Shown one piece after another: positions 48,876-54,388 of a stretch of 54,388 nt of DNA. This DNA is from Catajapyx aquilonaris (lineage: Eukaryota): NCBI GenBank assembly GCA_000934665.2, contig KZ538679.1:1-54388 (forward strand). Direction: 5' to 3'. A program made the position numbers and the translations under genes. Under the pieces are notes generated by a model, which worked only from the letters and a program-made list of their open reading frames with translations, was not told where the DNA came from and did no database searches. How positions within the stretch are numbered: the first letter of the stretch is position 1; each line of letters starts with the position of its first letter.

Positions 48876-51472
48876 ATTTTTGAGCATGATAGTCGCATAT
48901 TAGTAGCAAGTTCGGCTGTAGTTTTTTTCCAGCAAGGTCATAGCATGATAGACTTATCGACATGTTTTGCAACGCGCGACATTTTTTTTTGGTCTCATTA
49001 GTCTCTCTATCAATACACTACACATTTGAGCATTGTCGAGTCGTAGTGCAAACCACATCCATTTTAAAAACAGTTCCGCAATAATATCAGCGGATGTGAT
49101 AGTAAATACCCAACAGTTTGAATAATTCAGGTAGCACCAAACCCACAACCAGTTCTATAATCGAACCTTGGATGAAGTAGCAGAAATGGAACTGGCAATT
49201 GAGACTGGTCATGCTGTGAGTCATTCTAACTTTAACTCCGGTTTCACGATCAACCCCTGCCGTGACGCAACGAAGACTAATAGTCGGCAAATAGGCGCAA
49301 CTATAGGACCCCTATAGAAGCAGGTTTTAGTGGCAAGCTGGGCTTGATTGAGTGGAGGGCCAGAGTAATCACGGTCCCTTTTCAGCCTCCATTAGGCCCA
49401 TGTGTTTCCAGGCATCATAGGACCAGAATTTATTCATATCAAAATCGGTTTTATGCTCTTCCTTTCAACTCTCGTTGTCCTCGCAATTTGACATCCGTTG
49501 ACCTATTGCTAATCCACTTATGCTACGCATGTAAACTTAAAAGGCTCCATGCTATCACAATAGACAAATAACTGGAGAACAAGCATGGCTAATCAGCCAT
49601 TATTGAACTTCAGATCTACACTGCTATGAATAGCCACTGGGGGGGGGGGNGAAAAGTAACATTATTTTCATATCAGTCAGCAACTGCTTGAGTCGACATA
49701 GCCGCGTCTTGTTTCTCACCATTTATTTACAAAGCAGATCTTGAAACGACGAATTTTAATTAACCTTCCAGACATATTCAAGTGGCCTGCAACATGTCCC
49801 TCCACTTCCCCACACACATCTATTTAAAAAAAAAAAATCCGCAACATAAAAAGTCCGACCATTTTGAAGAGCTTCTTCCTTTCCCAGCCATTACTCTCCT
49901 CATAATTTGCAGATTAATAAACCACCCCTTTTTAATTACGACCTCAAATTAAGGCCCGGGCTTTTATTCATCCAAGGCACCTCATGAATTTTACATCTGG
50001 AACTTTGGAAAAGCTCAGCGGGAGAAGCCACTCTATGCTCTTCACTCTTCTTAGTCTGAGTCAAAAAAGACTGGCAGAGAGGCGGGTAAAGAATAAAAAA
50101 TGGCGGAAAAAAAATTTGGGATAATTTGCGAGGTGCCAAGTCTTTCATACCCCCTGAACTCAAAGACTCCTTTCATGCGCCATGAGGCTCAGCCAGCGAT
50201 AACATCTCCAACGATCTATTACTTCATTATTCAATTCTCGCCTTCACAGTCTTGTTATTTATAGGCTGCTCTACTTTGCCTTATTGGAGGTGTCGAAACT
50301 GTCAGGGCTTCACACTCAAACATGACTGAAAAAAAAATAACGTGAATATTTTTCAGTCGCGTTTAAAACCCTATTGTGGGTCTAATATTTTCAAACAATT
50401 TTTCATGCAGAATTTAGGGGTCATGTGACCAGCCCAAGAAACAGGCCTTTGAAGTGTACTGAGGACAATCCGGATTAGAATATTAGGGGAGAACAATGGT
50501 TCACAAGTGCCATGCTCATAATATGGAATGAATGGGGAAAGTCAAGAGCTAGCAGCATGATTGATGGCGAGATCAAACAGAAGGGAAATAGGAAACACAA
50601 TTGGAAGTTAGGGAGTTTCCCCCCCAATGGCTACCCCCGCAGCTCTTACTCTATATATTTGGGGAAGAAGAAGCAGCCACTTGGAATCTGAATAATGGAA
50701 GACTGAAGAGCTGCAATATTCCAAGCTAGGAACTGCTCATCTGACGAGACGGCTCAGCAGGACCTTTTGCACTACAAAAGACCCAAGAGGTCCTCCAGTG
50801 TATTGCAAACTGCACGTGGTGGTAGAGGCCACACATGCACACCAGGGCTGGTATATGCCAACACACTCATATCAGCAGATATTCATCTACGGTGGGCTTG
50901 TGGAAACGCGGCTTCAATCGACTCTGTCCCGCCAATAATAATTAATTCCCATTGTGCCAGTGGCTCCCCCGAGGCCTCACCTATTTCCAACCTTTTGTTT
51001 ACTCTTACACAATCGCCCTCATTTTTCACTAAATCACAACGCACTCGCAAACTGCACATGATCTATAGTTGCAGCGTGTCACATCGATGCTGATCATGAC
51101 AGTGTTTCTCGTTACAACTCTATCAAATAGGATTTTCAGATTTCCGGCATATATGCTCCCAGCCCACCTATGGATTGTGGGTGCGCCAGATAATTGCAAC
51201 ATGGTATCCACAACACTCGGGTCATTTTAGAGAGTAGGTACCCCATATGTGCGGTATAGCACAGGGTGTGCCACTGATGAAACCGGGCTAGCCAGCTAAT
51301 TTGTCCCGACGGACACGTACCAAATGTCAAAAAAAGGTTGTAAACAAATGTGTCCTGCGTCCATGTAACCTACAAGCATCATTACTCTACTGCCATTTTG
51401 TACGCTCGCAAATATTTTCAGTCAATTAAGTCAACTTCATATTCAATTTTAGATAATCACTAGTCAATCTGG

Positions 51473-51629
51473 TGTCCGACTGCTAATCGGGAGGTCCTGG
51501 GATCAGATCCCGAGGCCGGCAACTCTGATCGTGGTTTTCTGTGGTTTCCACGGTCCTTCCAGGGAAATTCCGGAGTTGCTTCCGTAATTAATAGGCCACA
51601 GCCGCTTCCTTCCGTCCCTATCCTATCCC
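51473..51629 (+). mobile_element. SINE family 1, truncated copy
   Basis: GTCCGACTGCTAATCGGGAGGTCCTGGGATCAGATCCCGAGGCCGGC...ATAGGCCACAGCCGCTTCCTTCC. Confidence 0.85.
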
Positions 51630-54388
51630 AAAGAGCACAGTAAAAATGAAAAGCAAAGAGTTCCAGGCAAAACTACTAAAGAGCCGATGGCTGATAACGG
51701 GGTATGAATTATAGTCAATCACGATTTTCATTGTCCGAAATTTTCTTTGGACTCTGGTAGCACCCTGTCCATAAATCAGCGTAAATGCCATCCGATTTGT
51801 CCGTCACCGCATCTTGAGCGAGGTCATTGGCAGAGGTTACCATCACCAACTCCTGTGTGGCTCATACATGACAATGAGTGCCGCAATCAGCATCTGCATA
51901 ACCGTAAAAGCGACGCATCATAGACTATGTGCATTAATACAGTTTAGCCCCCCCCCCCTCCTCCCATCATAATTGCAGGCCTATGAAAAAATAGAAAATA
52001 AAAAGCGACGGGAGCGAGATAAGTGCAGTCAATTAGCAGGGCTGGAGTATAATGAGGTCAGCCGGACCCCCTGAATAGTACATGTCATTGCAAGCTGGTC
52101 CTTTTGTTACGTCGCTTCCGGATCAATCCATGGAGAGATGAAAAAAAAAGAGGGGGAGGGGGGTGGAGGGGGAGTACAGAACGTGATGGTGCATAGAACC
52201 AGAGCAATTACACGCTAGAGCTCCATGCGTTGGCCAGGGTGGGGGAGGCCTATAGAGTAGGCTATTGGCGTCTATATGGAGTGGGCTGCTCTGGTTAGAT
52301 GGGGAAAGTAATTTAATTGGTCGGGATGAAAGGGGTTTGCAATGAAGCCTGGAGCTGCTCTGCTGGAATAGTTGCACCGCCTATAAACACTGTCATCAAG
52401 ATCCCCCCCTCCCCATCCCATACCCTCCCCCCTCTCCATTGCATTAGTACATCTCACGTACGGTGCACTGCATGCTATAGTGGGTTCCTCTTACTCAGCT
52501 GCATTATCCCGACCTACCCCACGTGGCTCACGTTCACTACCGGCTAATTACCATGGCGGACGTCAACTTGTGAGCGATGACATGTCCCTCCAGCTGTTGG
52601 GCCAAATATTATGGGGCATGGAATATTTTCGGAGATGCTTCTGGTGTATGTCAGGGTGATATTGTCAGTACGACGGGTTAAGAACTTTAGAACTGTATGA
52701 TTCATCATGGCTGGCAAATATTCCTGTACATATGAGCAGTTGCAGAACCTTGACCTTTACAGTACATTTACACTCTGATTGTTGCTTACGGCCATCGAAA
52801 CCGGTCCCCGTAACTTCCAATACACTGTAAAAAGTTGCTCAGTGACCATAAGAACTGAGCCTATAAGTGTCCTAAATCCATCAATTAATTCCGGGTGATA
52901 AACCATTTCAATTATGCGTTAATGCCTGACGTTCGTCAGATCCGAAGCACACGGTTTGTTTATGCTATTAAACAGCGTGTCACACTAGCGACACGTTTTG
53001 GAAAAGCGGGACGAAAGCGTCGGCGAGGATAACAGATGGAGATAAGTGCGTAGGTGTGTTTGCCACCTGCACTTTTTTGGGGCAATCAGATGAGGATCGT
53101 GGGGTCAGCACCATATGTCAGCCGACCCCGTGATCAAGTCAGCGGGGGGGCCGACCCCTTGACTGTACATGCTGCCCTATTCCAGCCCCGACCTAAAACG
53201 GCGTCACTTATTAGCGCCAAACATCCGCCGATAAGCCACACGCACCTTATTCCTATACCGCACATTCCGTAGTTCCCAACCCACATATAAATTTCATGTT
53301 AATTCAACCTGTGCTCATACTGACCATCATCTGGACTCGGCCACACGCTGGACACACGTCATTTCCTCCACTTTGGCTAAATCACCCACCGATAAATTCA
53401 TCCATGGGAGGGGGGGGGGGATATATCAGCTACCGTGCCTAATTCCTCCTGGTCTGATAAGCGTCAACAGGCTTAAGCCCGCCAGGAAAATAAATCAGCG
53501 GTGGCGAACCCTGTTGGTTGACCCGCGACCAACACCAGATAGCCCGAATAAAGCTCATCCCAAAGATTTATCACATTGTGTTATCAAATCGCTAAGAACA
53601 ACAGGTGTCATATTACATATTAGCACCGATTTAACTGTATATTATATAAATATAGGGGCTGTTATTCGCAATGCTGTCGCCAAGCTCCAGAGCTTCGCGG
53701 TAAAATGGACTAGCACATTTTGTCAGCGTTCTATAGTGACAAAAGCTGGTTTTCCACAGAGCCCATAATTCTAGCTGTTATCTAGTAAAGCCATGTCTCA
53801 GACCAAGCTCAGTAGGTACCATCCGGCGAAGAAGATTTATCTCCTGGAAACTTCTCTTATTCGTTGCGGCCAGCAATTAATTCTCAACGCAACCTTGCTA
53901 AGTGCCCAGAAATCATGGCCATGATTCGTGCTGGTGCAGCCAACACTAAACCAACCTTCGGCTACCGTGTTACTTCATTAGACTTCTCCCTTCCCCCCAC
54001 TTTTTTTTTTTTGGGGGGGGGGGGGGGGAAGGTCCGCTCGTTTGAACCCCTTTGCTTTTTTTTATATATATGTTCTCGCACAAAGCAGAGCAAGTGAGCG
54101 GCCTTCGAATCTTTTCATGGGGAGGGTATCTATGTGTCAAAAGGTGACACTAGTATTGGGTGTGGCTACCTGGGGGTATTCATGCCAAACGACCATTTTA
54201 TACACCCCTCCTAACTTTTTATGCAGACAAAAACTGATTTCGAACCTGGTTAGCAACAAGCTATAAGACTGATGAGCCTTCGTTCTGACCCCGAACCTCC
54301 TCAGAAAGTGATCTCGTGCAGTGGTGTGACCTTCAACGTCCAATCCAGCCTGCAACTCTGCACCTTCCCCCCACCGCACCGGTCCTTC

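Noticed and set aside
7937..51778. Scattered Su(H) (7937, 22780), Grainyhead (16962), Exd-Hox (21109, 51769) and CRE (11455) motifs as an apoptotic enhancer code
   Set aside because: 8-10-bp motifs are expected by chance in 54 kb and are not clustered; conservation data would be needed.
52078..52097. Tandem CWWG cores GTACATGTCA TTGCAAGCTG as a p53 site
   Set aside because: Five mismatches to consensus; within chance expectation.

Overview
Eukaryotic, gene-poor draft genomic DNA. It is most likely arthropod, judged from tRNA-derived SINEs, TA-flanked Tc1/mariner-type MITEs, spliceosomal introns and ecdysone-type motifs; the taxon cannot be fixed from sequence alone. Almost all ORFs in the six-frame track look like noise. 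The main signal is at the left end: a minus-strand spliced gene. Exon 3073-3349 and exon 1835-2256 join in frame through a canonical GT..AG intron, and a further 3' exon is required. The predicted protein has a hydrophobic leader, an internal Smac/Hid-like IAP-binding motif (AVPIYPEE), a Grim-GH3-like amphipathic helix, a poly-Arg tract and a BH3-like motif (EEWAMVGCDLRRVADWF). The intron holds four contiguous in-phase p53-type half-sites, and the promoter holds E2F, FOXO and CCAAT motifs. Together these suggest a stress-inducible pro-apoptotic gene combining IAP-antagonist and BH3-only modules; this is inference and untested. The remaining ~50 kb is non-coding, with distal p53- and EcR-like sites, a frameshifted BC-box/LRR pseudogene (31.8-35.2 kb, absent as a unit from the ORF track), SINEs, nested fold-back MITEs, microsatellites and a 22-bp satellite. 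All motif comparisons were made by eye from remembered consensus sequences; no searches were run.
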